Below, piece by piece: positions 50,850 to 63,810 of a DNA stretch of 64,000 bases. This DNA is from Sminthopsis crassicaudata (taxonomy: Eukaryota): the NCBI RefSeq assembly GCF_048593235.1, contig NC_133617.1, positions 476,264,958 to 476,328,957 of the forward strand. The letters are read 5' to 3'. The first letter of the stretch is position 1, and every line of letters starts with the position of its first letter. The position numbers were made by a program, and so were the translations under genes. Below the pieces are notes generated by a model, which was given only the letters and a program-made list of their open reading frames with translations, had not been told where the DNA came from and did no database searches.

Positions 50850-51040
50850 CTTTCCTGGTCATACTTTATGATCCTGGCCAAACTTCTCTTATCAATTTTA
50901 GTTTCTTCATAAATGATTCCCCACTTGGAATTCTGTGTAGTTTCATCAATCACATTACTGTTCTCAAACCCAAACTTATCAGCTCTCCCAGAATCCCTGA
51001 GCATTGTCTAAACTCTTCCAATGTCATTAAATTCCAAGTA
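50850..51040 (+). mobile_element. L2 LINE fragment
   Basis: tctcaaacccaaacttatcagctctcc...ctcttccaatgtca matches the L2 body. Confidence 0.55.
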
Positions 51041-51734
51041 AAGTGAGTTATTCCCCCTGTCCCAAGAGGTAAACCAACACAGTACCTACATCTTGGGAAT
51101 TAAGAAGGCAATAGAGGAAGAAGATAAGTATATTCAGCTTCCCTACACCACTCCATAGTCACTCCGAGAGCAGGAGCATACATACTCACACCATATCTCA
51201 CTTAATTAAGAAGCACAAGAGCAGCAGACTGAGACTTCTATTGAAGACCCAATTTCTCCTGGAAGGACTGAAAACCAGAGTAAGAATTAATTCTTACAAG
51301 AACAGTGAGCAGTAACTAAACTTCCTTTCCAGCTGTGAATGGGGCCCCATAGACCCTTTACATAAGATTTTTTTTTTTTTTGAGAGAATTTAACAAGCCC
51401 CCAGAAGGGTAAAAAGTAAATTACTTCTTAAGCTAACTTCATATCCCATGTTTTCTTGTTTGTCTTCTCTTTCTCTCTACCATTACTAAACTCTCTCTGA
51501 TGTCCTCAAGAGTGAATTGTGTTTATAAACTCATTAGTATGTATGGGAGAATTGGGGGAAGGGGTAACTAGGATAGTCAGTACCATGAATCCTGCCTGGA
51601 GACCAAGCAGCATGAAGTATACTCTCAGATAATGTAAAGTGATAGGAGGTAGAGAGAAGAGGAGGCTCAATCCTGCTATCCATCTTCTATCTTCCTATTT
51701 AACCTAGTATTATAGTAGGGATATATGGATGCTC

Positions 51735-52210
51735 AAGGAGGACCAGTGTCTCTGGTGTGAAGACTTGCTTTGCCCTTTTCAGTGCTGCTCTTCCACTTTT
51801 GCTGTCCATCTGGTACCCAATTCTCACCTGTGGCTCCCAGAAGCTGTAGCCTGCACAGCAGCCACGCTGATAAACACCTCAGCAGATGGGCTAAATCAAT
51901 TTAAGAGTAACCGATGGGCCACAAACCCTTCAGTGAATTAGGGAGGTGTCTAGCTCAGTGTAAAGACTTCTCCTGGTGATATGAACAGTGAGAATAATTT
52001 TTTCCAATAGACGCCATGAAGACACAAAGGATTCCCAGCATCCTGGGCCATCACCAGTGATCCTGGTTTTTATCCTGCCGAGCTTCAATGATTGAAAGAG
52101 AGAGTGAGATTAATGGCTTCATACAAGTCTGTCTCACTTAAATTCAATTCACAAGCAAATCAAAATATCACCCTGTGATGTCATTGGTCCCTTTGAAAAT
52201 GGACTAACAA
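51735..52210 (-). mobile_element. RTE-clade LINE 5' fragment (marsupial RTE / RTESINE-like)
   Basis: ctcacctgtggctcccagaagctgtagc...tcacttaaattcaattcac...tgatgtcattggtccctttgaaaatggactaacaa is the reverse complement of the marsupial RTE 5' end as I recall it. Confidence 0.8.
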
Positions 52211-52433
52211 TAAGAGTTATCATTGCTATATAGGTAGTAAATTCTGCATGTATTCTACTGAAGAACTACAGATGCTTTCAGAAGCAACTAAATTTGAAAC
52301 CCTAGAAAAAAACCCTCTAGTCTAATTTTGGCTACAGCCCTGGAAAAAACAAACAAACAAACATCTGCATAACAATGTGGCAGTACAAAAAGAGAAAGTC
52401 TCTCCTGCCCTTTCTTTAGAATGCAGAAAGACA

Positions 52434-52562
52434 GGGGCAGCTAGGTGGTGCAGTGGATAGAACACCAGCCTTGAATTCAGGAGGACCCGAGCTCAAATCT
52501 GGTCTCAGACACTTAACACTTCCTAGCTGTGTGACCCTGGGCAAGTCACTTAAAGCCAGCCT

Positions 52563-52598
<36 letters not shown>
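52434..52598 (+). mobile_element. WSINE1-type short CORE-SINE (young, long poly-A)
   Basis: ggggcagctaggtggtgcagtggatag...ccagcctc plus about 35 A; TSD agaatgcagaaa on both sides. Confidence 0.93.
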
Positions 52599-52600
<2 letters not shown>

Positions 52601-52801
52601 ATGCAGAAAAGTGATAGGAAGAAGGGTTTGGATTTGACTCCTGGCTCTGTCTCATAGAGTAATGTGATCCTGAGCAGGATATTCCTTTCTCTATCTGCCT
52701 CAATTTCTCCATCAGTAAAAAGAGGATAGGAATGTGTGTTCTGCATATACTGCTTCTTTGTTTCTCTTTTTTTATGTATCCCTCAGATTTCTGACCTCCT
52801 G

Positions 52802-53470
52802 GAAAGGGACCCACATGTGCAAAAATGTTTGTGGCAGCCCTTTTTGTAGTGCAAGAAATTGGAAACTGAGTGAATGCACATCATAGGGGAATGGTTGAAT
52901 AAATTATGGTACACGAATATTATGGAATATTATTGTTCTGTAAGAAATGACCAGCAGGATGATTTCAGAGAGGCCTGGAGAGACCTACATGAACTGATGC
53001 TGAGTGAAGTGAGCACAACCAGGAGATATACAGCAACATCAAGATTATACAACGATTAATTCTGATGGACATGACTCTCTTCAACAATGAGATGATTCAG
53101 ACCAACAATGTGATGAAGAGAGCCATCTACATACACTTAGAGAGAGGACTGTGGGAACTGAGTGTGGTTCACAACATAGCATTTTCACTCTTTTTATTAT
53201 TGTTTGCTTGCATTTTTTTCTTTCTCAGTTTTTTTCCCTTGATCGGTTTTTCTTGTGCAGCAAGATAATTGTGTAAATATGCATGTATACATTGGATTTA
53301 ACATATATTTCTACCATGTTTAACATATATTGAATTACTTGCTGTCTATGAGAGGAAGGGGTAATGGGGGGGGAGAATTGGAAAAAAAGGTTTTGCAGGG
53401 TTAATGTCAAGAAATTATCCATGCATAGGTTTTGAAAATAAAAAGCTTTAATTAAAAAAAAAAAGATATT
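52802..53470 (+). mobile_element. 5'-truncated L1 (ORF2 end, 3' UTR and tail)
   Basis: The ORF at 52874-53059 is L1 ORF2 C-terminus (GEWLNKLWY...YYCSVRNDQQDDFREAW); AATAAA and A-tail at about 53437-53465. Confidence 0.93.
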
Positions 53471-54024
53471 TAAAAAAAAAAGACTTCTGAGCTACTTTTT
53501 GCGTTACCTACTTCCTTTTTTCCTTTTACGACTAACTGTGATACTCACATCAAACCATATTTTGCCTCTATAATTGACGTAGGAAAGAGATCTACCTTAG
53601 GATGTTGGTCAATAATAGGCAGAGATATCCCTGATGACTGGAGGGAATTGAGGGATAGAGTTTAGAACCTGGGAAAAACCAAAGTACCTGGCACAGTGAC
53701 CCACAATAAACAGAGAGGCAGCTCTAACACCTGATGCTTAATGGTGAGGCCATAACAAAGGATTGGGTTGAATCAAGGTTTTCCAAAGATCACAGAAGAA
53801 GCTGGGAGAGATAAAGAACATCCATTCTGCCAGCTAATTGTGTTTTGCTTGTTTGTAATCATAGGACTCAAATCTTTTCAAAGAAATGGAATTAGCAAAT
53901 GCTCCAGGGTTTGCTAATATTCAAGAGAAATGTATTACAAATCAGCTAGAAAAAAGAGAAAGTTTGTGTTTCTCTCCAACTTCTTTCTCTTTTTTTCATA
54001 CTCTATCATGCCAATTTTACTGTA

Positions 54025-54179
54025 TCTCTCTCTCTCTGTCTCTCTCTCTGTCTCTCTGTCTCTCTCTCTCTTTCTCTGTCTCTCTCTTTGTCTCTGTCTC
54101 AGTCTCTGGCTCTCTAACTTTGTCGAGGAATTTTTTATCTTAGTCTTTTGATCTTTCCACTTGAAATCGAAAAAATCAA

Positions 54180-54228
<49 letters not shown>
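54025..54228. repeat. (TC/TCTG)n tract (54025-54110) and (AC)n microsatellite (54183-54228)
   Basis: Seen directly. Confidence 0.95.
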
Positions 54229-54230
<2 letters not shown>

Positions 54231-54496
54231 GTCTTTTAATAAGCAGAGTCCCTTACATTTAAACTCACTTTATATTTTACAAAAATCTTTCACAGTTATT
54301 AACTGATTTTATTATCATAAAACTATATAGTATATAGAGCATATCATATTATCTCCATTCTATAAATAGAGAAATTAAGGCACAGGGAGGGGGGATGATC
54401 TGTCCAGGATATATTGCTATCTAAGACAGAATCAGGAATCAAACCCAGGGCTGCAATTCTCAGACTAGATGTCTATATTGCATTATAATCCAGAAA

Positions 54497-54834
54497 NNNN
54501 NNNNNNNNNNNNNNNNNNNNNNNNNNNNNNNNNNNNNNNNNNNNNNNNNNNNNNNNNNNNNNNNNNNNNNNNNNNNNNNNNNNNNNNNNNNNNNNNNNNN
54601 NNNNNNNNNNNNNNNNNNNNNNNNNNNNNNNNNNNNNNNNNNNNNNNNNNNNNNNNNNNNNNNNNNNNNNNNNNNNNNNNNNNNNNNNNNNNNNNNNNNN
54701 NNNNNNNNNNNNNNNNNNNNNNNNNNNNNNNNNNNNNNNNNNNNNNNNNNNNNNNNNNNNNNNNNNNNNNNNNNNNNNNNNNNNNNNNNNNNNNNNNNNN
54801 NNNNNNNNNNNNNNNNNNNNNNNNNNNNNNNNNN
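54497..54834. other. Assembly gap (338 N)
   Basis: Run of N. Confidence 1.
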
Positions 54835-55399
54835 AGAGAAAAAAATCACTAATTGCAACTTTTATCCAGGAATTTAACTTTCAGTAACTTTGGTCCTGGA
54901 ACTAAACCTTCACTAACTAATTGACTCAAGATGGAGAAATGATGGGCAGAGGATACTGAATAGAAGTACTCCCCAAAGCTCCCCAATAACAGCCCCTACT
55001 TAATTTTGATGCATCTCCATACTGAGGCTCAGACCGAGTAATCTTGTGTTTGGAATTGACATATTTCTACAGAAACGTAGGTCTGGCAATTAGCTAGAGG
55101 ATGTTCTTACAGTTGCCTTTTTACAAGTCTTCACTCTTGACAGGTTTACGGATGTTTGCACTAAGTAGCATTTAGTGGCATACTGTTGAAATTAGGCATT
55201 TTGTTTTTCTTCTTAAATGCCCTTGGTTTTAATACCTACAAAGACTAATCCATTTGCCTCAACTAATCCAGGCTAAAAGGAGGCCACCGGTACTTGAAAG
55301 GATGGTCCTGGAAGCATAACATCTCACCTTGAGAAGGGAGATTGGTTAGGGAGGGGGATGGATAATTGGGGGGAGGGAAGAGGATGAGAGATGTGGCTG

Positions 55400-56400
55400 A
55401 AGAAGCAATATGATAACCGGCAGCCCTGATTGGCTATCTGTCTCAAAAAATTAATTAGAGGATTCTGGATTGTGTTTCAGGATGGACCGAAGCCCAACTT
55501 TCTCAAGGAAGGAATTCATCCCGAAGCCTTTGATGCTCTGAATGAGACACGCTGCTGTCATATATGTTTCAGTCATTACAAAGTACAAATGAAAGGTACT
55601 AAGTCCTTCTCCCTTAAATTGCCCCCATAAGGTGGTAATTATTTAGGATTAACCCCAATCCTAGATCCCAGATAACTACAGCTGGTTTCTCCAGCCGTGA
55701 AATGCTCTGCCATGGGGGCGATTTGGAGGAGGCGGGAATCTGACAACCCATTTTCCCACTGATTCCATCCTCTGTAGGTGAAGCCAGAAGTTCTTTTTCT
55801 TCTCCCTAGGGATGTGAGAACTCCCCTGCAAGCAAGAATAGAATTCAATGTTTTCTTGTTCAATTCTAGTCTAATCAAGTTTCGCCTTAAATTAACAAAT
55901 GCTTAAGGGAACAATCTCCATATCTTTGAGCTGGGAGGCCGTAAGCTGTGCACCCTTTTTTTAGGGGGAGGGGGGAGAATGCAAAGCAATATCCTCTTTG
56001 GCTTTGGATAAAACAGAATAAGGGGAGCTTAGAGAAAAAAATTTTTTTGGTCTTTCAGGTCTGATTTAATACTTGACTGACTTTGGTTTGGGATTTAGCA
56101 GTGGTATTTTTCTAGAGATAAACGAACTGTCAGCAATGTGAAGGTTAGTGTTTGGGTCTGTGTGTTGGCTTCCAGTGAATGAAAAATGGAAGGCAGGGCC
56201 AGTTAAGAACTCCAAAAGGGCTGCATCCTTTTTGAATTGGAACCTCCTAATCCCATCATATCAGACTTAGGGCCTGGGCTTCCTAGTCAACCCTTCAAAG
56301 GTTCACTTCCTGTATCGAGCTGTTGCCATGTTCTTTTAAAACAAAACCAATCTCCAAATCCTCCTGTCAAATGGAGGGTGGTTCAGTTTACACTCCCTGG
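55400..56400. promoter_or_regulatory. Repeat-free, CpG-retaining segment with enhancer-like motifs
   Basis: GGATTAA (OTX/CRX-type) at about 55645, GGAGGCGGG (GC box-like) at about 55730, CAAAGGTTCA next to CACTTCCTGT (nuclear receptor plus ETS) at about 56297-56313. Motif evidence only. Confidence 0.3.
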
Positions 56401-57934
56401 GGAGTTAATTTAGTCAGATCCTGCTTGTTTCTCAGTTCCAAGATTTTTTTTTTTTTTTTTTTGGCTTGATATGAAGAAGAAAAACTATAGGAAATAGATT
56501 CTCAGCCATAAGAAGGAAAAGGTAGATGAAAAGGTTGGGGGCTGGGGGAAAGGATTTGGTGCCTTGTGTTCAAAGACTATGGAATTGGCTGATTCTTTAG
56601 GGCTCTGAGATGGTGAAAAGAATTGCTGCAAGACAAGACATTTTAGTTGGAAAAAAAAAAAAAGAAGCCAAGCAACAGCCTAGTAGCAGTTTATAAAGAA
56701 CTTATCTTCTCCTTATAAATTTAGTAAAAATTGCATGTGGACATAATCATATTTCTTTTTTTTCCCTCCATATACTGATAATTTATAAGCTTTTCTTGGC
56801 TTGGGGAAAAGATCACTATGATGTACTAAGGTAGTAAAACTGTGGTTCATTCTCCCAGAAGCCAATAGGCTACATCTATCCCCTCAGAGCTCTGGAGTAC
56901 CTGATGGGGGGTGTAGAGGTATCACTATTATTTCCATTGGCTCAAGCCCCTGCCAGCCATGCCTTTCCCCCATCCCGTAGTTACATGCCAGCAACTAATT
57001 TCTTAGTTCCATTTCACCATTTTGTATTAAGTAGTTTTTAGAAAGGAATGCATACTTCAAAGGTATGACAAGTTCAAGGTATACAAACATTTCCTCCAAT
57101 GCCTCAGAGACATAATCTAAATACAAACTTGATTTGGAAGAGAGAGAGAGGTTACATTCATAAATTAGCTCAGTTCTGATTTAAGATTGTTCCCACTAAA
57201 TTCATAGATGAATCACTGTCTCAGCCACTGTTGGTCTGTTTAAAAGGTCATTCTTTTCTCATTGGAGGATCAAGACCGGGTTAGCATCATCATGCAAACT
57301 TTGGAGTATGAGAACACATGGAGCCTCGAGAAAACCCTTTGAATTCATTAAGTTGTGAAGTTCTGATCGCTTTCACCTCTAGTGGAAAAGAATGAACAAA
57401 ATGGCCAAGGACCAAGTCCTGTTTCTTGAGAGTCATTTAGCCTCAGAATGCGGAAATGGCCCTGCAGTCCTTCCCTTTACCACATCATCTTTCACCAGAC
57501 ACCTTAAGCAAAGAAGTCACCACATGGATTGAGGAAAGAGGCAATGAGAAAGTAGCTGGAGATGACAAATCTTTATGAATTCATTCCATGAATGCCTTTT
57601 CAAGTCGTAACTGAAGCCTGTTAGTTGTTGCTTTCAAATCATGACTCGTTCCTCTGTCTTACAACTAGTCAGACTGTTCAACTCTTGTCTTTTAGCATGG
57701 AAACAACGATTATAGAACCAATTACAGAATTTTCATATACATTCCCTAGTATCTCCAAGACAGTGTGATTATCCCTTACATAGCTTGGTGTTAGAAGCAC
57801 AATACCCATGTAAAATTTTTGGCCCTCCCTATCAGAGAAGTCTAATTTTTTTCTTTTTCTTTTATGGGGTGTTTACAGTACCATATTATGAAATTTGAAT
57901 TGATATTATACAATATTGTGTGTGTGTGTGTATG

Positions 57935-57965
<31 letters not shown>

Positions 57966-59039
57966 CCTGAATTTCTAAACTTTTTCTGTGTGCTACAATT
58001 CCCAAAAAATTACTGTTTAATTTCTTATGCCAAACTGCAATGTATTGAAATCACAATAAGGAAAATCATGATGAGGAAAACCATGATGTAGAAGAGATAA
58101 CTGTACTTCCATTGCACATACTTACAAATTTTCCCAAAAGCAAGCTTCCTACCCTCTCCACATAGATTCTGCACATGCGCCACTAGTCACTCTGAAGCGT
58201 TGCTATTGAAGTAGAATTAAGTTGGAAAGAGACTATGAACTCAGAAACGGGAGAGAGCAGGTGGCTGCAGGGCAAAGTTTATTGAGACCAAGAGGATTTG
58301 AAGATATATGTACAATAGCTCTGCTCCTCAGGCAAAATGTCTTTTTTCAGCTTCTACAAAGATGGCAGCAGGAAAGCATTATGGACCTATCTGGTTCAAT
58401 AAGCTTTTGTTGATTGTTTATGTTCAGACTAGTGATCTTAGAGATATTAGATAATCATGATTAGATAATTATAATCATACCAGTTGTTTTATACTTTTAT
58501 TATTCTTTTTCCTTTAGTTACTTATAAATATTATTTTTGAAAGCCCATTTCTGATAATGGGCGAGATAAGAAACATCAGAGTGGCAATGTCATGGGTCAA
58601 GTTTGCCTTGTCTTTGTCCTACTGGCAGCTGGGGGAAGGATAGAGCAAAAAAAAGTATAAATCGCAACTGGCATATTATTTAATAAATTTGAAGGGATAT
58701 GGCCCAGAATTAGGAGACTATATATTCCCCATATTCTTCCAACAACAGACTCTCATTGGGGTTTGCATATGTAGCTTTTAATAGAAATGCCCTGGTTTGA
58801 CAGATCATAATTAAGGGCCCAGGAAGAGGGATAAAAAGAATTAGGAGCTAAAACATACCTAAAAATTAGCTACCTAATACAGGAAACCTCCAGCAGCAAT
58901 GCTATTGGGTTGTAGAGTTTAATGTCATAAAAGATTAATCACTTGTGTCAATAGAGAATAGATAATATTGCTGATCATGGGATCATAGCTATAAAACAAG
59001 AAATAACCTTAGAGACCATTCAGCCCAACTCTGTCGACT

Positions 59040-59200
59040 AGCTATGTGACCCTGGACAAGTCATTTAACTCCACCTCATTTCTTCTTTTGTAAAATAAAT
59101 TGGAGAAGAAAATGGCAAACCATTTTAGGACTTTTGACAAAAAAAAAAATGGGGTCACAAAGAGTCAGGTTCAATTGAAACAAGTGAATAACAACAAAAA
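59040..59200 (+). mobile_element. Mar1-type CORE-SINE
   Basis: tggagaagaaaatggcaaacc...ggggtcacaaagagtcagg tail. Confidence 0.75.
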
Positions 59201-60474
59201 GAACTAGCCCAACCCTATCTTTGCTCAGAAGAGGAAACTAAAGCCCAGAGAAATCCCATGGTAACAGAGTTAGTAAATGGCAAAAATCCAAAACTCTTTT
59301 CTCTTCTGTTATACCAAAGTTCCTTTCATGATATAGCCAGAGAAGTTTGTCTAGAGACTAGATTTTCTAGGTATTAGACAGAGAAAGCCCAAGACATTTT
59401 CAGGAAGAAGCTGGAAAGTTGTCTAATATGCAGCATTTCTGTAGCCATGTTATCTAGTGGCTACCAGAAAATTGGACAACAATAATAACAAAAATAATAA
59501 TAACTAATAGACTTCTGTATCTGGAGGCAAGATGGTAGAATAGAGAATGCACTCAGCTGAGTTCTTCCTTCCAAAGAATTTTCAAATGATGCCTCAAATC
59601 GAATTCTAGAATGGCAAAAGGAAAGAATGGGATTTTTTTCCAGCCCAAGACAATTTAGGAGGTGAAAAGGTCTGTGATTCTGGAGTAGGAGCTTGCCTGG
59701 AGTCCATGTGGCAGCAACATGATATGGATTGTGGATGTGGTAAGAGCAGCAAAAACAGTCCTGAAGCTCTCAAGTCAGAGACAATAAAGGGATTTCTGGC
59801 TACTGGTCAGAAGAGACTACAGGGAATCCTTTTGCTTGTGCTGAGTGCAGAACAGGGGCTATTTGGTACCTCCATTGCTAATAACCATTTCCAGGTCAGA
59901 GAGAAGCACTTGTAGTCACAATTGATCAGGGGCAATCAAAAAGGATCAAAGGCTCTGAGAAGAATTACTTGCTGCAGCTACAAGGGATGAGGAGCTCTTC
60001 CTGGGTAAGGATCAGAGCATAAACTAGGAAAGCTGTGACTATACGCCTTCCCATATCATACCACCTTGAAAACACCAAAAAATTTAAATCTCCAATAACT
60101 AGCTTTGAAAAAAATAGTGTCCAAAAGCCTGAAGCCTAGAACAACCCTCCTCCCTATCCTTACCCAAAATAGTGTCCAACTTTAACATAAAATTCAAAGA
60201 CAAGAAATAGGCTAGAAAAAATTAACAAATAAAAGTTACTATTGCCACAGGGAAGATGAAGGTGCAAAATATCAGAAGAATATATCAATATCAAAACAGT
60301 TATAAGCAAAACCTCAAAGAAAGATGTAAATTGGACATAAACCTAACAAGAATTCTTGGAAAAGCTAAAAAATTATTTTCAAAATAAAATGAGTGATAAT
60401 GAGAAAATTGGGACAAGAAATTGTATACAAGAAAATTGTGAAAAGAAAATTAACAGCTTGGTAAAAGAAGAGTA

Positions 60475-60720
60475 ACTAGTTGGTACAGTGGAAAGAGGGT
60501 TGGACTTAGAATCTGGAAGATCTGAGTTCAAATCTAACCCCAAATACTTACTAGCTATCTAACCCTAAGCAGGTCATATAACCCTACTTGCCTTGGTTTT
60601 CTCATCAATAAAATAATCTGGAGAAGAAAATAGCAAACTATTTCAATATCTTTGCCAAAAAAAAATAGTAATAATAATCCCAAAAATGGTCACAAAAGAG
60701 TCAAAGAATGACTGAAAAAT
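60475..60720 (+). mobile_element. Mar1-type CORE-SINE nested in L1
   Basis: CORE plus ggagaagaaaatagcaaactatttcaatatctttgccaa tail. Confidence 0.8.
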
Positions 60721-61400
60721 TAATAAATAAAATTAGAAGTTGGATTTATTGAGATAAAATAGATAAGCCATTGATTGATTTTATTTTTAATAGGAAGAAT
60801 AAAACCAAATAACTGGTATCAAAAATTAAAAGGATAAATGTGCCACTAATGATGATGAAATTAAATCAATTATTGGAAAATTACTTAGTCCAATTATATG
60901 CCAGTAAGACTGGCCATCTATAAATATTTACAAAAATGTAAACTGCTTATATAAACAAAGAAGGAAATAAAATACTTAAATAACCCTATCTTAGAAAAAA
61001 AAATTGAACAAGCCATAAAAAAGCTCCCTAAGAAAAATTTTCCCTACACCAAATGTATTTACAAGTATTTAAGGAACAATTTATCCTGATACTATATAAA
61101 CTATTTGAAGAAATAAGGATAAAAGTCCTACCAAATTTCTTTTATGGCACAAATATGGTTTTGATACCAAAACCAAAGAAATCAAAACAGAAAAATAAAA
61201 CTATAGGCCAAGTACCCTATTAAACATTGATGCAAAAAGTTTAAATCTACTCTACTAAAGACCTAAAAGACTATCATGTAAAATGTTATTTCTCTGCTGA
61301 GAGAAATCTGATGAACTCTGAGCACAGATTATACTCATAGTTTTTTCACTTTATGTTTCTTGCTTTTTATTGTTTTTAGACAATATAGAATGTGTTTTGC

Positions 61401-61552
61401 AGGGCAGCTAGGTAGTGCAGTGGATAGAGCACCAGCTCTGAAGTCAGGAGGACCTGAGTTCAAATGTGATTTCAGACACTTAACTCTTCCTAGCTGTGTG
61501 TCCCTGGGCAAGTCACTTAACCCCAATTGCCTCAGGAAAAAAAAAAAAAAAG
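61401..61552 (+). mobile_element. WSINE1-type short CORE-SINE nested in the L1 3' UTR
   Basis: agggcagctaggtagtgcagtggatag...ccccaattgcctcagg plus poly-A; TSD gaatgtgttttgca / gaaatatgttttgca. Confidence 0.92.
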
Positions 61553-63199
61553 AAATATGTTTTGCAAGATTTCATGTGTATAATTGATAGTATGACTTTT
61601 CTTCTCCAAAAGAATGAGAGAATTTGAAACTCGACATTTTTAAATACAAATGCTAAAAATAAATAAATGTTTAAAAAATAAATAATATTTATATTGTGCC
61701 TTGATATGTGTCAGACAATGTGTAAAACATTTTACAAATATTATTTCACTTTATCGTCACAACCACCCTGGGAAGTAGGTACTGTAATTGTCCTCATTTT
61801 ACAGATGAGTAATTGTAGGCAAACAGTTTTAAGTTGAAGTGCTTAGTCACAGAATAAGTATTTTAGCCCAAATTTGAACTCAGTTCTTCTTAACTCAAGA
61901 CCTAGCACTCTATCCACTGTGCTACAAAGCTCTCTACTGTCTAGTTCTGTTTTAATCAAAAGGAAAGCAAGGGCTGAGGCTCATAATCTGTCATGCTCCT
62001 CCCCACCCCTTTTTCTTAGCATTCCAGAAAGGACATTTTTCAGACTGGGGATTCTATCTAGGACTTAGTTTAGCTAGGACTTTGCCCCTGGAGGTTGTGT
62101 AGAAGTAATTAACTTTAAATATGGCACAAGAAAAATAGAGTTGACCTTCGAGCTTCTTAATGGTTGCTTACAAATCATGACTGAGTCTATCTATCTGACA
62201 CTTGGTCTGGCTCTACAACTGCCATATTTTAGCATGAAGGCCAACCTAGATACTGGACAATCACCAGTCATCATTCTGAACACAGCAGTTTCACATAACA
62301 AAAGCTAATGCTTATTTGAAGATCTGCAGCAGAATGTCTAAAATATAGATATGCACAGGGTTATGTGAACATTCAAACTTCTTCTCTGCATAATGTGAAC
62401 TCTTTGGCATTCTTCCCATCCTTCCTGATTTCCCATACTCTCTAGATCCCATTTGGCTAATCAATCACTTTATTGATCAAACTGTTTAATTCTTCTTGGG
62501 CCATTTTTTAATGTTATAAATTTATTGATATAACATTTCTGGGTGTGTTTTTTAATTAACACATTTTGGAAACTATATAAAAGGTCCATACTCAGAAAAA
62601 TCCACATGGGATAATATAAGCTTAGACAATTGATCTTTACATCATGTCTAATACCGCCTAGTTCTTGAATGCTCTGATAACACTGGTATTACTTTTTTGC
62701 CAGTTTCCAGGAATCCTGAAATCTTGGATGACTCTAAAGCTGATATTGATCATTTCCTTGCTTTGTATGTTTTATCCAATGAACAAAATTGATTTAGCTT
62801 GTGGTGGTAAATATGGTAGTATCTCCCTTGGGCTCAAATCTCAAGACCTCAAGAAGGTTGATTGGCCAGACAAGTATAGTCGTACAATCTCAGCAGCTGA
62901 GGAGGGTTCAGCCTATGGAAATAAGTGATTCTCACAAAATGCATTGCCATATAAGTGATAAGTGATGATTCCTGGTGGAAGCAGGCCTTAGGTTGGGGTA
63001 AAACAAGTAGGCAGTAAACATGGCAGACACCATGGTTTTCGCTGGTACTAGAAAACCAACATATTTTTGTCACACCCAGAGATCAGCAGAAGTCAACATT
63101 CATGGCTTAGGACAGCTACTAAATACCTATTCTTCCTCTCAATTTCCAATCGCTCTAAGTCCTCTTTGGATGTAGACAAGGAAGGGAAGGGAGAGGTCT

Positions 63200-63810
63200 A
63201 ATAACTAGTTCCTACTTATTCTGCCTTCCCTTCTCTCTCCCCTCCATTCCGATCTCTGCTACCTGACCAAACCTAGGTTTTCATTATCCTTCATCTGGAC
63301 TATCATAATAGCCTCCTACCTCTAGATCCCTCTGCCCTCATTCTCTGCTCTAACCAACCAATTGACTTAGGAAGAGTATATTGTTAATCGTATAAATTAC
63401 ATCCCTCCTACAGACCACCACACCCCACTAACAAACCTTCAGTGCTCTTCATTCTCCACAGAATAAAAACAAGAAATGCCTACCCTGGCATTCATACCTG
63501 CCAACAATCTGTCTATCACCCACCTTTTGAGCTTTATTTCACACTCTTCCCCTTTAGGCACTACATTCCAACTAGCCTACAAGCTCTTCAAACTTGTCCT
63601 GCTTGCTCTGACTTCATTTACACAGGCAATGCTGCCTTCTGGGCATGGACTTCTGTTCTCCACACCCTCACCTCACCTCCACCTTTGCCTACTGAAATCT
63701 CTCATCTTTCAAGACCACTCAGTTGTCACTTTTTCCATGAAACTTCCCTTAATCCCATCTCCTGCCCTCACAACTTGGAAGTGATTGCTCCCTACATAAA
63801 TCTCTCAGAT
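63200..63810 (+). mobile_element. L2 LINE fragment
   Basis: cttcatctggactatcataatagcctcct...ttttccatgaaacttcccttaatccc: the classical L2 3' body. Confidence 0.7.

Larger units (their letters stand above)
59510..61680 (+). mobile_element. Old L1 retaining its 5' end, with large internal deletions and two nested SINEs
   Basis: 5' terminus ggaggcaagatggtagaatag, 5' UTR and ORF1-start-like sequence to about 60470, ORF2 fragments 60765-61260 (ggccaagtaccctattaaacattgatgcaaaa), 3' UTR and tail to about 61680. Confidence 0.75.

Noticed and set aside
48500-54858. ORFs full of X at 48.5 kb and 54.5 kb
   Set aside because: They are translations across N gaps.
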